A stretch of DNA of 41,933 bases, taken from an uncultured Eubacteriales bacterium. Lineage in GTDB: Bacteria; Bacillota; Clostridia; Peptostreptococcales; Anaerovoracaceae. The DNA lies in NCBI GenBank assembly GCA_902772685.1, contig CACYBO010000080.1, positions 1 to 41,933 on the forward strand. The letters are read 5' to 3'. The position numbers and the translations under genes are program-made. Shown here in pieces: positions 1 to 9,832 of this stretch; the first letter of the stretch is position 1, and every line of letters begins with the position of its first letter. The notes under the pieces were generated by a model that saw only the letters and a program-made list of their open reading frames with translations, was not told the origin of the DNA and made no database searches.

Positions 1-1566
1 AGACTTTATCTTTACTCTGGTTGGCTTCTTGTGGCTTATCAGTTTTCCGTTTTTGTCAAACTCGACTTTCTTTCCCTTTATCTTATGTTTGCCTGTATAT
101 CTGAATCCGTTTTTCGGGTCGAGGTAGTACAGCGCTCCCTTTTTCCACATCCAGCCACTGCGTATCACACCGCTTGGGTTGTAATACTGATAGCGTTTTT
201 TACTTCCCTTCACACTGACCCATCCTGACATCGCCTTCTCGTCAGCCTTGCCATTATTGTTCATATCCTTGACAAGTGTTACGTTGTTGTTGCTGACGTT
301 GACGATCAGGGTTCCTCTGTGACTGGATACAGGATAATTGTATCCATAGTTTCTGAGCCTCTTCACCTGCGCACTTACAGAAGAAGTGTAACCATGATTC
401 TCTTCAAAGGACCAGATCGGCGTAGTCCTTTTCAGGTATCTCGTCTTGGACGACGTACTCAGGCCGTGATGGCTCGCCTTGAGCATCTCGCAGTTTAAGG
501 CATACCCGTATTTTGCTATCTGCTTCGCCTCTTCCTGCTTCTCCGTATCTCCGGCAGTCAGAAATCTGAAGTTGCCGCACTGCACCATTGCGGTCAAAGA
601 GCAGTTGTTCAGACAATGTCCGTTCTTGGTTCCGCAATTGTTGTGCTGGCTCTTAAACTGATCCACTGTATATGTCCCAATCGGTCCGATAATGGTAAAC
701 ACTGCAGCTCCCACATTAAATCTGTCAGTTTGTCTTGCATTCGGACCGTAAAGGGTGTTTTTGTACTCGATATCCTTATGCATTCTGAAAGCAGGTTTCA
801 AAAAGACGAGTTCATTGATTTTACCCTCCGCAATATCAAGGTTGTGGGCGTATCTTGATTCGATAGACAATCCTGTTGGAGTTTCATAGTATTTGCATAG
901 TTCAAGATCAGGCAAATATAACCTGTTCACCTTGAAATTGTCGCATATGTCCTGCAGTCCGCCTGTGTGATCTTCGTGCAGATGGCTGATATATACATCC
1001 AGTTCTTTTACGCCTATCATCTTAAGCGTGTTCACCAAAGACGAATGATATACTGCTGAGCTGTTTTTTCTCGGTCTGATCGCTCCGGTATCCATGAGCA
1101 GATACTTGCCGTTGGACTCAATCAGTACCGCGTCCCCATATCTGTCACTGCTCAGTCTTTTGCCATTCTCACGATGCAGATAGATACCGTAGATCCGCAT
1201 GCTCTTCCTGTATTTCGAAACATTTTCAAGAAGACTGCCTGTAGGCCCGCCGAAATCCTTAATTTCAACTTCGGGCTCTTCTTCATCAGCTTCCTGTGCC
1301 TTCAGTGTTACGTCTGACTCATCAGTCCCGGTCTCCGGCATGATTCCCTGTGTTGATTCTTCCAGAGATCCCTGTTCAGAATCCGGTGCCGATTCCAATT
1401 CCGGTTCTGCCGCAGCTTCTGCTGCTTCTGCTGCTTCTGCGGTTTCATCAGGCTCCGGTTCTAAAGCATCTTCCCCGGCAAAAGCCCAAACCGGTGCTGC
1501 TGATACAGCCATGACTAAACTAATTCCAATAATAACTATCTTTTGAAAACAACTATTCCTCTTCAC
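1..1566 (-). CDS. Secreted metallo-beta-lactamase-fold hydrolase (ComEC/Pce-like) with C-terminal cell-wall/choline-binding-like repeats; 3' end runs off the window
   Basis: Not in the ORF track because there is no stop in the window. Manual translation from GTG 1566 (GAGGGG upstream): signal peptide MKRNSCFQKIVIIGISLVMAVSAAPVWAFA, acidic linker, GDAVLIESNGKYLLMDTG, HLHEDH (HxHxDH), NNCSL...FLTAGD, LKASHHG, then SGWVSV..YQYYNPSG..SGWMW..LYYLDPKNG..TG..IKGKKVEFDKNG repeats. The segments translated are in one frame that is still open at base 1. Confidence 0.85.
   Translation of the reverse strand, partial: MKRNSCFQKIVIIGISLVMAVSAAPVWAFAGEDALEPEPDETAEAAEAAEAAAEPELESAPDSEQGSLEESTQGIMPETGTDESDVTLKAQEADEEEPEVEIKDFGGPTGSLLENVSKYRKSMRIYGIYLHRENGKRLSSDRYGDAVLIESNGKYLLMDTGAIRPRKNSSAVYHSSLVNTLKMIGVKELDVYISHLHEDHTGGLQDICDNFKVNRLYLPDLELCKYYETPTGLSIESRYAHNLDIAEGKINELVFLKPAFRMHKDIEYKNTLYGPNARQTDRFNVGAAVFTIIGPIGTYTVDQFKSQHNNCGTKNGHCLNNCSLTAMVQCGNFRFLTAGDTEKQEEAKQIAKYGYALNCEMLKASHHGLSTSSKTRYLKRTTPIWSFEENHGYTSSVSAQVKRLRNYGYNYPVSSHRGTLIVNVSNNNVTLVKDMNNNGKADEKAMSGWVSVKGSKKRYQYYNPSGVIRSGWMWKKGALYYLDPKNGFRYTGKHKIKGKKVEFDKNGKLISHKKPTRVKIKS
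1415..1441. repeat. Short in-frame 9-bp tandem repeat (gcttctgct x3, last copy imperfect) encoding AEA repeats in an acidic linker
   Basis: gcttctgctgcttctgctgcttctgc seen directly. Confidence 0.6.
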
Positions 1567-3430
1567 TCTGCCCCTCTGTCGGCTCCTCCTGAGTATCTTC
1601 CGGTTCTGCGTTTACAGTACCGTTTGTTTCATCATTTACTATTCCATCTGCTCCGGCTCCATCCTGGCCCTGATCCTGACCGTCGCCAGAGTTATCACCC
1701 GGTTCATCGCCTGGATTGTCACCCGGCTCGTCGCCGGTATCATCCTTAGGAACCGATTCAAACACAGCAACAAAAACAGTATTGCCGGTTACTGTGATAG
1801 TATCCAGATCTACTATATTCAATTCAGGATCGCCTGCCTTGGCCCAACCTTTGAACTCATAAGTATATTCTTCGTCTTCCGCCTTGACAGGTGTTGCGCC
1901 GTCATAGGAAAACTTCGATCCGTATTTGACTTTCGCATCTGTTTCCAAAACTGTGCCGTTTTCATTCTTCCACGTGATTGTGTATGTGGACGGAGGCAGC
2001 CACTTGCTCAGGTTTTTCTCAAACTCCGGCGTCCACTGTTTCAGGTATCCTGCCCGTTTCGGATGGTTAAGATCCCTCATGTAAAGACAGAATTTACTGC
2101 CCTTCAGGTTTGTCAGCGCGGAGTTGCTCCACATGTCGATTACCTCAATGCGGTTCCTTTTGACTGTAGTGGAGCCGGATTCGCTGCCGTACACAAGATT
2201 TCTCGCACCATAGCGTCCCCGTGCTTTATAGAGCAGGGATCTCATCTTAGCGTACTGCTTTCCATAATTCTTGAACTTCCTCACATCCCTTACTGTGAAG
2301 AACACCACCTGGCAATCAGGCCATCTGTTGTATGCATAAGCGGTAACAAACTCAATTGCCCCCGCTACTGTATTTGTTCTCTTATACAGCTTGGCAAGAT
2401 AAGCATTGGCATTGGCGTCGTTCTTACCTGTCAGCCTGCTCATATCAATGCCTCTGATCGATCCAAGGGGCACTCCGTTCATGGAATCGTTGAGCGAAAG
2501 CTGACATACGAAAACATCCGGTTCATACGCAGGATGTGCATTACACCATTTCGTCAGTCTTTCAACATAGCTTCCCGCGACTTTTGACCTGGCAAGTGTC
2601 GTTCCGGATTTGGCAAGCTTAACGCTTTTGCTGCCGTTTCTCTTATCCATGTAGTCAACAAAACTTACCTTTCCGGAATAGAGTCCGGCAGTTATAGAAC
2701 TGCCGAGGAACATAAACTTACGGCTCTTAAGTTTATTTGCATACCCTGAGGTTCCTGCTTTCGAAAGGGCATATGCCGGCCCGTTGCCGTTCCCGGACCC
2801 TTTCTTGTTTGTTACTACCGCTTTTGCCTTGGTGTATCCGGTTCTCTTGTTTCCGCTGTAAGCTCTTATCTTGTAGTAATACTTGGTGTTCTTTTTGAGT
2901 CCTTTGTCGAGATAGGTGAATCCCTTTGTTTTCCCAACCAGTTTGTAGCCTTTGCCCTTCTTCGTTGATCTGTATACCAACAGTCCCGCTGCACCGGGCG
3001 CACCGGTCATTTTCAGCTGGACCTTGCATTCACACTTGTCGATGATCTTGAGCCCCGGTTTTTTGAGCACCGTCTTGCACTTGGCGGCGCTGCTGAACTG
3101 GCCGTACTTGCGCGGCGCTGTGCCTTTGTAAGCTCTTACCTTGAAATAATACGTCTTCCCTGTTTTAAGCCCTGCGATCGTCGCTTTGTTCACTGTGACA
3201 TCCGCCGCCTGGGAATACTTGCCGCCCTTCTTTCCTGCGACATAAAAAACATAGCCTGTCGCCCCGCTCACCTTTTCACAGGACACTTTCACGGCGACTG
3301 CACTCACGCAGCTCGCCTTGACTTTAGCAGGCTTTTTTGCAAATGATGTTGCAGCATCTGCTGTTACCGTGACCATTGACAAAGCCATTACGATGGTCAG
3401 AAATAAGCTTAATGCCTTTTTTATTTTCAT
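1553..3430 (-). CDS. Secreted SGNH/GDSL-family esterase/acyltransferase with two Lys-rich FN3-like domains, a C-terminal beta-repeat domain and an acidic tail
   Basis: Signal peptide; FN3-like motifs (GLKTGKTYYFKVRAY, GLKKNTKYYYKIRAY); SGNH blocks FLGSSIT, SG, QLSLND, DLNHP; GDEPGDNP tail. Start moved to ATG 3430 because AAGGA lies upstream. Confidence 0.8.
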   Translation of the reverse strand: MKIKKALSLFLTIVMALSMVTVTADAATSFAKKPAKVKASCVSAVAVKVSCEKVSGATGYVFYVAGKKGGKYSQAADVTVNKATIAGLKTGKTYYFKVRAYKGTAPRKYGQFSSAAKCKTVLKKPGLKIIDKCECKVQLKMTGAPGAAGLLVYRSTKKGKGYKLVGKTKGFTYLDKGLKKNTKYYYKIRAYSGNKRTGYTKAKAVVTNKKGSGNGNGPAYALSKAGTSGYANKLKSRKFMFLGSSITAGLYSGKVSFVDYMDKRNGSKSVKLAKSGTTLARSKVAGSYVERLTKWCNAHPAYEPDVFVCQLSLNDSMNGVPLGSIRGIDMSRLTGKNDANANAYLAKLYKRTNTVAGAIEFVTAYAYNRWPDCQVVFFTVRDVRKFKNYGKQYAKMRSLLYKARGRYGARNLVYGSESGSTTVKRNRIEVIDMWSNSALTNLKGSKFCLYMRDLNHPKRAGYLKQWTPEFEKNLSKWLPPSTYTITWKNENGTVLETDAKVKYGSKFSYDGATPVKAEDEEYTYEFKGWAKAGDPELNIVDLDTITVTGNTVFVAVFESVPKDDTGDEPGDNPGDEPGDNSGDGQDQGQDGAGADGIVNDETNGTVNAEPEDTQEEPTEGQSEEE

Positions 3431-3490
3431 GCACAAATCCTTTCTATCCCTTTTTCTGATCGTCTGAAGCTCATGATTTCATTACCCTTA

Positions 3491-3519
3491 ATTATATAAT
3501 AGGTCACTTATCCCTTCAA
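3491..3519 (-). promoter_or_regulatory. Sigma-A-type promoter for the SGNH and MBL genes
   Basis: Minus strand TTGAAG-17 nt-TATAAT. Confidence 0.7.
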
Positions 3520-4700
3520 TTCTTAGGCTTTCTCGTAACCAGCACCGTCCTGTTCGGGAAAAATACATCCAGCACGGCGTTTCTCATCTTCTTCCAAGGC
3601 ACTGCCTGGAATATGATCGCCACTAAAGCTCCCAACGCATATGTAACGAATGCGAATATCCATATTCTCACCACCGGGCTTTCAACAGAATCATAGAGCC
3701 AGTGATAGTTGAACATCATCCTCAGGAACAGCCAGTGAACGAGATATATGATAAGTGTCGCCGCTGATATCTTCTTGATGATATATTTGGCTTTCTCACC
3801 GTACTCTTTCGTGGCCAATCCATTCGTAATCAGAAGGAACAACGCTACGTTCTTGAAAAATGTCGTAATCGTGAACTTGCCGTTGATCCAGTTGCAGTCG
3901 CTGTATCCTGTCAAATTGAATATTATGATGCTTGCAGCCGTGGCGACAACGAGCGATGCGAGTCCCGCCATGTACATCAGTTTTCTTGCTCTCTTGCTTG
4001 GTCTGTAAGTGTACAGGTAATAACCCAGGACCATCCAGAATGAATACTGGCAGATGCTCTCCAGCGGGGTGTACGTCGCAATCAGTTCAACAGTTTCTTC
4101 ATGCGGTATGCGCGGCGTCCCGACAATCGTATTCACAAACAGCGCTGACAGCATCAGTATCAGTCCATATTTATACACATTTTTATCATCGGCCTTCGTT
4201 ATGCATCTGAAGAACGGAACCATGATATATAACGTGATGATCATTGGAATATACCACATATGAGGCGGCTGAACGATCCATTCGTGGATGAGCATGGATT
4301 TGGTAAACACCGCTCCATGAACCACGACTTTCCGGTAGATTCTGTCCAGCGCATAAATCAGGCTCCAGAACACATATGCCGTTGCCATCTTCGGGATGTT
4401 CTTACTCCATACTTTTCTTGCCGTAACATTCCTCTGCGGAGTAAGAAAGAATATCCCGCTTACCATAACAAAAAGTACCGTTGGTGACGCGAATAAAGCC
4501 ATGTACCCGGCAAGTATTTCCCAATCGGTGCTTCCCGCCCCAACCAGGTGGTAATCATAGTACGGCAGCGACATACGTGTCGCGTGCACCAATACGACCA
4601 TCAGGCATGAGACGCACCTCAATATATCGACAGAATAATCCCTGCCCCCTGTTACAAATAAGCGCGGACCACTGTTATTCAATGTCTGCTGTTCATTCAT
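3516..4700 (-). CDS. Acyltransferase family 3 membrane O-acyltransferase (WecH/YiaH-like)
   Basis: DILRCVSCLMVVLVH, LFVMVSG, HMWY, IYLVH motifs; about 10 hydrophobic segments. Confidence 0.85.
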   Translation of the reverse strand: MNEQQTLNNSGPRLFVTGGRDYSVDILRCVSCLMVVLVHATRMSLPYYDYHLVGAGSTDWEILAGYMALFASPTVLFVMVSGIFFLTPQRNVTARKVWSKNIPKMATAYVFWSLIYALDRIYRKVVVHGAVFTKSMLIHEWIVQPPHMWYIPMIITLYIMVPFFRCITKADDKNVYKYGLILMLSALFVNTIVGTPRIPHEETVELIATYTPLESICQYSFWMVLGYYLYTYRPSKRARKLMYMAGLASLVVATAASIIIFNLTGYSDCNWINGKFTITTFFKNVALFLLITNGLATKEYGEKAKYIIKKISAATLIIYLVHWLFLRMMFNYHWLYDSVESPVVRIWIFAFVTYALGALVAIIFQAVPWKKMRNAVLDVFFPNRTVLVTRKPKN

Positions 4701-4741
4701 TTAAATTGTTACCCTCCATTGAAAAATAATGTCTTCCGGAC

Positions 4742-7333
4742 TCACAGCCCGATTGCTGTGCAGATTCTTCTGCAGTTATTGTAATCCGTATAAGCGAAAA
4801 ACCGGTCAACCCGATCTGCGTATTGATCATCCTCCGGACATCCGCGTTTAATCAGATCTGTTATCACCTTGACAGTGTCTTCATAATTATATGTTACCGG
4901 CCCGAATCCATCCGTTTCGTAGTCAAAATACCCTTTGTCCCATGTATGGGAGCCGAAGAACTGTTTCTCATCAAACTGGCAGTACACAATTGGTTTCTTC
5001 ATATAAGCATGGTCAGCGACAACGCTTGAATAATCCGTTATCATTAAGGAGCTTCTGCACAACACATCATTGTAACTGAAATCGGGCTCCGCAATCTCTA
5101 TAACGTCATTTCCTTTGAATGCATCCCGATTGTTTGTGAAAAGCGGATGAACGCAGAATAACCCTTTGTATCCATTCTCAATCATCGCGTCTATTATCTG
5201 TTTATCGTTGATCAGCCTGTTGTAGAATCTGCAATATTCTGTTTCCGCAAAGGCACTGCTCTCCGCCAGCCTGTAAGACCCTGATATAGAATCCAGATTC
5301 ATGTTCTTGCGCCAGGTTGGAGCGAAGACGACCAGTTTCTCACTGCGGTCTATCAGATAATCATTTCTGGCGAAACCGGTCAGTACAACATGGTCCTTGC
5401 CATATCCATATGCTTCGTTGCCGATAATGGATTCATATTCCCTGTTTGCAGCGGTGATGAAACAGGAAATGTTTCTCTTTTGCCTGCAGCCCCAGGATGA
5501 AATATCGCCAAACGAAATGCCGTGCTGAAGAAATACGAACTGATGTCTGATCATATCCTGCACATACTTCTGATCAGAACCAAAAGGCGACAGCAGCCAG
5601 TATGCCCACTGCGAGGAAACCAGTTTGTCCGAAGCCAGAAACAGAGCAAGGTATTCATCAGAGCCGTAGTCAACTACTTCCCCATACTCTTTCAGTCTCG
5701 CAAAGTCAGGAGAGTCTTTTGAGACCGCAAAGTAAATACGGTTCTTTTTCCTGCTTCTGGTAGTGCTCAGATACTTAAACAGTGCTTCTGCATTATCACC
5801 GGCACGGTCGCCCCGGTCGATAATGAGAACGATCGGTTTTTTCCCGCGCAACTCTTCCGCGCGCTGCCTGATGCGGTACACAGATTCCGGACAGTCTTTT
5901 CTGAGCGTCTTATCAAAAGCATCAACATACTCTTTTACTGTCTTCCGGTCTGCTTTCAATACGCTGATGGTTTTCCCATCGGAGGAGATCAGACACTTGC
6001 CGGCTCTGAAAAATGCGTTCTTCAGCCCGGTCAGACGTGAGAATCTTCCGTAGCCCATTCCCATGACTCTGGATGATTCGCTGCGCCTGTCAACAATATG
6101 AAACTCATACAGTTCCCCTGCTTTCAAAGGCAGATCAACCCGGAACAGTCTCCCCGGGAAGACTGTCTCTCCGCTGATTGATTTCGTATCTGTATATGGA
6201 GCTTTGTAGTAATCCAGAGGAACGCTCCCACTCATACCCTTGACAGTAACATAGTGTGTCTCATCAAAAAGCTCGCTTCTGTCCCTTCCTTCCAGGTGGA
6301 GATATCCGTTTTCAATCACAGCGATATCAAGAAGCACTCTGGCATGACCTGTAATGTAGCCGTAACTCTTTGGGCTGATTTCTCCTCTGAATTTCAGCAG
6401 ATATGCTTTCAGGTTGAGTGATGTATCTTTCGCGTTACAGATATATTCTTCATCGATTTGATTGAGAACATCGTGCAGTTCTTTGAAATACTCTTCCTTT
6501 TCCTCCGGGGAAAGTACATCCTCCGGTATCTGCTTCTTGAACCTCCATCTGATTTCGTAGATAATCAGCGTCTCAATATACGGCAGAACATATCCATATT
6601 TTTTCCTCGACATGTCAAGGAGTTTAGGATATAACTTTTTCACTACCGGAAGATAGCACTCTTTTCTGTCGTACCGCTGGTCGATTGCAGAACTGCCGTC
6701 CTCAGATAATCTGTATTCATAAACTGCGTCCCTGCATAACGCATATTTTGATTTTTCAAAAATAATCTCATTAATGAAGAGAACATCCTCTGCGAGCGGC
6801 ATATCTTCCTCAAACCGCAGTTCCCCTATTGCCTCTCTTTTCAGAATGGTTGAACTCATTGATAGCTGCAGGTCATTGCAGTCCTCTGTGATATCAACTA
6901 CCCTGTTCTCCTTAAATTTGTAGTCCAGCGGGTGCTTGAAGCCTTCCTTTCTGCCGAAATAACGCATTCTGCACGCTGTGACGTCTACTTCATCATAGTG
7001 CTCATCCAAAAGCGGAAGAAGGTTTTCAAACGCATCCTCCCTCCAGCGGTCATCCGCATCGAGCATGTTTATATAACGTCCATCAGCTCTCACGAGCCCG
7101 GTGTTCCGGGCGGCTGATACGCCCGCGTTTTCCTGATATATGTACTCGATGTTATCCGGAAAGCGGCTCACATACTGTTCGCATAGTTCTCTCGTATTGT
7201 CGGTACTGCCGTCATCGACAACAATCACCTGAAAATGATCTGAAAAGCCGATGGTCTGATTGATCAGACTGTCGAGTGCTTCAGAAATAAATTGTCCGTT
7301 GTTGTATGTTGGTATTATTATGCTGAATATCAT
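4742..7333 (-). CDS. Bifunctional GT2 glycosyltransferase / CDP-glycerol:glycerophosphate transferase (TagF family)
   Basis: N-terminal SIIIPTYN, VDDGSTD, NAGVSAARN, LDADD; C-terminal FLQHGI, GFARND, FAPTWR, ITDYSS. Confidence 0.9.
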   Translation of the reverse strand: MIFSIIIPTYNNGQFISEALDSLINQTIGFSDHFQVIVVDDGSTDNTRELCEQYVSRFPDNIEYIYQENAGVSAARNTGLVRADGRYINMLDADDRWREDAFENLLPLLDEHYDEVDVTACRMRYFGRKEGFKHPLDYKFKENRVVDITEDCNDLQLSMSSTILKREAIGELRFEEDMPLAEDVLFINEIIFEKSKYALCRDAVYEYRLSEDGSSAIDQRYDRKECYLPVVKKLYPKLLDMSRKKYGYVLPYIETLIIYEIRWRFKKQIPEDVLSPEEKEEYFKELHDVLNQIDEEYICNAKDTSLNLKAYLLKFRGEISPKSYGYITGHARVLLDIAVIENGYLHLEGRDRSELFDETHYVTVKGMSGSVPLDYYKAPYTDTKSISGETVFPGRLFRVDLPLKAGELYEFHIVDRRSESSRVMGMGYGRFSRLTGLKNAFFRAGKCLISSDGKTISVLKADRKTVKEYVDAFDKTLRKDCPESVYRIRQRAEELRGKKPIVLIIDRGDRAGDNAEALFKYLSTTRSRKKNRIYFAVSKDSPDFARLKEYGEVVDYGSDEYLALFLASDKLVSSQWAYWLLSPFGSDQKYVQDMIRHQFVFLQHGISFGDISSWGCRQKRNISCFITAANREYESIIGNEAYGYGKDHVVLTGFARNDYLIDRSEKLVVFAPTWRKNMNLDSISGSYRLAESSAFAETEYCRFYNRLINDKQIIDAMIENGYKGLFCVHPLFTNNRDAFKGNDVIEIAEPDFSYNDVLCRSSLMITDYSSVVADHAYMKKPIVYCQFDEKQFFGSHTWDKGYFDYETDGFGPVTYNYEDTVKVITDLIKRGCPEDDQYADRVDRFFAYTDYNNCRRICTAIGL

Positions 7334-8073
7334 CAGAAGTAATCATATCCTCCATGTATATCATATATGCTGCCGTTCAGATACTGGTTCGTCAGGATGT
7401 GATAGCATAAATCGGCAACTTCCGAAGGCTCCCCGAATCTGTGCATTGCTATCTTCCTGTTGATCCTTTCATAGCTCTCGTCACTCCTGTTGTCCTGCCA
7501 TCTTGTTTCAATGAATCCCGGCGCAACTGCATTCACGCGGATGCTTCGGTCGGCGAATATCTTGACCATCGATCTCGCTGCAAACATGACTGCAGCTTTT
7601 GATGTACTGTAGACCAATGATGAAGAATACGTCGCCTGTCCGGCGTGAGACCCCATGAAAAGAATGCTTCCCTGCTCTCTGATCATAGGCTGCAGAGCCT
7701 TGACAAGAAACACCGGCACGTTGACGTTCGTCCTCATGACATGTTCCCAGATCTCCGGCGTATAGTCATCAAAAGATGCATATGTTCCGATTCCTGTGTT
7801 CAGAATCAGCCAGTCAACATGATCCGTTTGTTCCTGAACAGTATCTGTAACTGCCGTGATCCCTTCGTATCCGGACAGATCCGCCTTAATCAGTACGATC
7901 TTGTCTCTGTCCTGAGGATCCGCTTCAGCTTTCAGATCATCCGCAAGCTGATCGTTATGTCCATAGACGACAAAAATCTTATCATCCGGGCAAACCGATT
8001 CTCTGAGTATCTTCAGGACGATTTCTCTTCCTATTCCTGATGTGCCGCCTGTAATTACTGATACATTGCTCAT
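7333..8073 (-). CDS. SDR-family NAD(P)-dependent oxidoreductase
   Basis: TGGTSGIG, YSTSK (YxxxK), VNAVAPGFIET. Likely start ATG 8073 after AGGTG; the track gives 8082. Confidence 0.9.
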   Translation of the reverse strand: MSNVSVITGGTSGIGREIVLKILRESVCPDDKIFVVYGHNDQLADDLKAEADPQDRDKIVLIKADLSGYEGITAVTDTVQEQTDHVDWLILNTGIGTYASFDDYTPEIWEHVMRTNVNVPVFLVKALQPMIREQGSILFMGSHAGQATYSSSLVYSTSKAAVMFAARSMVKIFADRSIRVNAVAPGFIETRWQDNRSDESYERINRKIAMHRFGEPSEVADLCYHILTNQYLNGSIYDIHGGYDYF

Positions 8074-8082
8074 ATCCGTCAC

Positions 8083-9819
8083 CTACATTTCAAGTATTTC
8101 TTCCATCAGTTCCTCCGGAATGTATGGACGCTGGTTGTACATTTCCTCCCCAAAGAAAGTCTTAGGGTACGCTCTTGAATCTGTATCGATCAGCACCTGG
8201 ATCAGTCTTGGTTTGCTGCTGTCCATCTTAAGCAGTGCTTCTGTAAGTTCCTCCTCAGAAGAGACTGTCACCGAGTCGATTCCGTATGCTGCAGCGACTG
8301 CCTCGAAATCCGGAGCCGTATATCCGCCGGAAGCAACCGATCCGGAATAAATGCTGTTAAAGATATCATCCTGCTGCTGCTGTATCAGACCGAGGGATCT
8401 GTTGTTCAGCACGATCATCGTTACAGGCACCTGTTCTCTGAATACCCACTGCAGTTCCTGAATATTCATCTGAAACGCACCATCGCCGCAGATCGCCACG
8501 CTCTTTTGCCCTGTCCCGTAATGGGCGCCGATGGCAGCAGGAAGCGCAAATCCCATCGCTCCATGCCCTCCGGAGAACAGCAGCTGCTGTCCCTCTTTGA
8601 GATTGAATGACTGGGATGTCCACACCTGATGCTGTCCCACGTCACAGCAGATCACGGTATTGTCATCGATTGATCCGCTTATCGCTTCGATAACTGCATT
8701 TGGTTTTCTCTCCGGACATGACGCGTCAAAAGCAGTCAGTTTTTTCTTGATTACTCCGCACTTTTCGAGCCAGGAATCGAACGACCTGTTTACAGAAACT
8801 GTTTCCTGTCCCAATGCATCGATTACCTCGGCACAGTCCACCATGAAGCTGGTCTCATCCTCGTGGACTTTCCGTGCTATTTCAAGCGGATCGATTTCAA
8901 CTCTGATTATTCTTGCATTTTCAGCGAACTTCTCCGGTTTCATCGCGGTCTGGCGCTTGCACAGACTGCATCCCAGAGAAACGATCAGGTCAGCCTTCTT
9001 ATATGAGATTATATTCGCATATCTGTGACCATATCCGCCTCCCAGATGTCCCATATTAAGTTCATGATCAGCCGGAAGCAAATCCCGGCCCAGCATGCTT
9101 GTTATCACCGGAATCCTGTATTTCTCAACGAATGACAGAACTTTTTTGTGAGCTTCGGAGCCGTATACGATTCCGTTTCCGAGAACGAAAACCGGATGTT
9201 CTGATTCATTCAGTGCTTTGGTGATCGCATCCGCCGCGGTTTTCGGGCTGTCACCGCTTTTTTCTTCTTCCGGAACAAACGTCTTCATTGTTTCCGGATC
9301 GATTTCCTGCCTCTGCATATCCATCGGAAGGTCGATCAGAACCGGACCCGGCCGTCCGGCAAGACATTCGTAATATGCTCTTTCCAGAATGTAACGAAGA
9401 TCCTCAACGTCTTCCACCTTGACACAGTACTTCGTTACGGCCTTCACGGCAGAAATGACATCCATTTCCTGAAATCCGTTCTGTCTGATTCCGTCGATAT
9501 GCAGATACTCATATGTGTTCAGCTGTCCTGTGATAAAGATGACAGGAGCGCTGTCATAATAAGCATCGGCTACAGCAGATATCAGATTGCACGCTCCCGG
9601 TCCGCTCGTCGCGTAAGCCAGTGCCGCTCTGCCTGTTGCCTTCGCGTACCCCACGGCGGCAAATCCGCCGCCCTGCTCGTTGCTGCAGCAGTGATTTGTC
9701 ACAACCTGATCACGAAAAACGGAATCGGCAAAATGCGCAATCATCGTTCCCTGATATCCAAAGAAATGCTTAATTCCTTTTTCTGCAAAAAAACTTACAA
9801 CATAATCGCTTGATTTCAT
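8083..9819 (-). CDS. Thiamine-diphosphate-dependent enzyme, acetolactate-synthase-like fold
   Basis: NEQ catalytic Glu region, TSGPG, GRPGPVLIDLPMD, DVGQHQ, GAMGFALP, GDGAFQMNIQEL...NN ThDP motif; no ilvN/ilvH small subunit adjacent. Confidence 0.88.
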   Translation of the reverse strand: MKSSDYVVSFFAEKGIKHFFGYQGTMIAHFADSVFRDQVVTNHCCSNEQGGGFAAVGYAKATGRAALAYATSGPGACNLISAVADAYYDSAPVIFITGQLNTYEYLHIDGIRQNGFQEMDVISAVKAVTKYCVKVEDVEDLRYILERAYYECLAGRPGPVLIDLPMDMQRQEIDPETMKTFVPEEEKSGDSPKTAADAITKALNESEHPVFVLGNGIVYGSEAHKKVLSFVEKYRIPVITSMLGRDLLPADHELNMGHLGGGYGHRYANIISYKKADLIVSLGCSLCKRQTAMKPEKFAENARIIRVEIDPLEIARKVHEDETSFMVDCAEVIDALGQETVSVNRSFDSWLEKCGVIKKKLTAFDASCPERKPNAVIEAISGSIDDNTVICCDVGQHQVWTSQSFNLKEGQQLLFSGGHGAMGFALPAAIGAHYGTGQKSVAICGDGAFQMNIQELQWVFREQVPVTMIVLNNRSLGLIQQQQDDIFNSIYSGSVASGGYTAPDFEAVAAAYGIDSVTVSSEEELTEALLKMDSSKPRLIQVLIDTDSRAYPKTFFGEEMYNQRPYIPEELMEEILEM

Positions 9820-9832
9820 GGATCTTTTCTCC

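Noticed and set aside
31-1546. Short track ORFs at the left edge (31..228, 404..637, 479..661, 616..858, 1199..1546)
   Set aside because: All overlap the minus-strand MBL-fold gene that runs off the window
1-1566. Calling the MBL protein ComEC (competence)
   Set aside because: No multi-TM Competence domain; it has a signal peptide and wall-binding repeats instead
1670-1745. Imperfect 12-bp repeats (GDEP/GDNP) as a possible CRISPR or VNTR
   Set aside because: Degenerate coding repeats in a low-complexity tail, with no spacers
8083-9819. Calling the ThDP enzyme ilvB
   Set aside because: No regulatory subunit or other ilv genes nearby and the context is polysaccharide biosynthesis; symbol withheld
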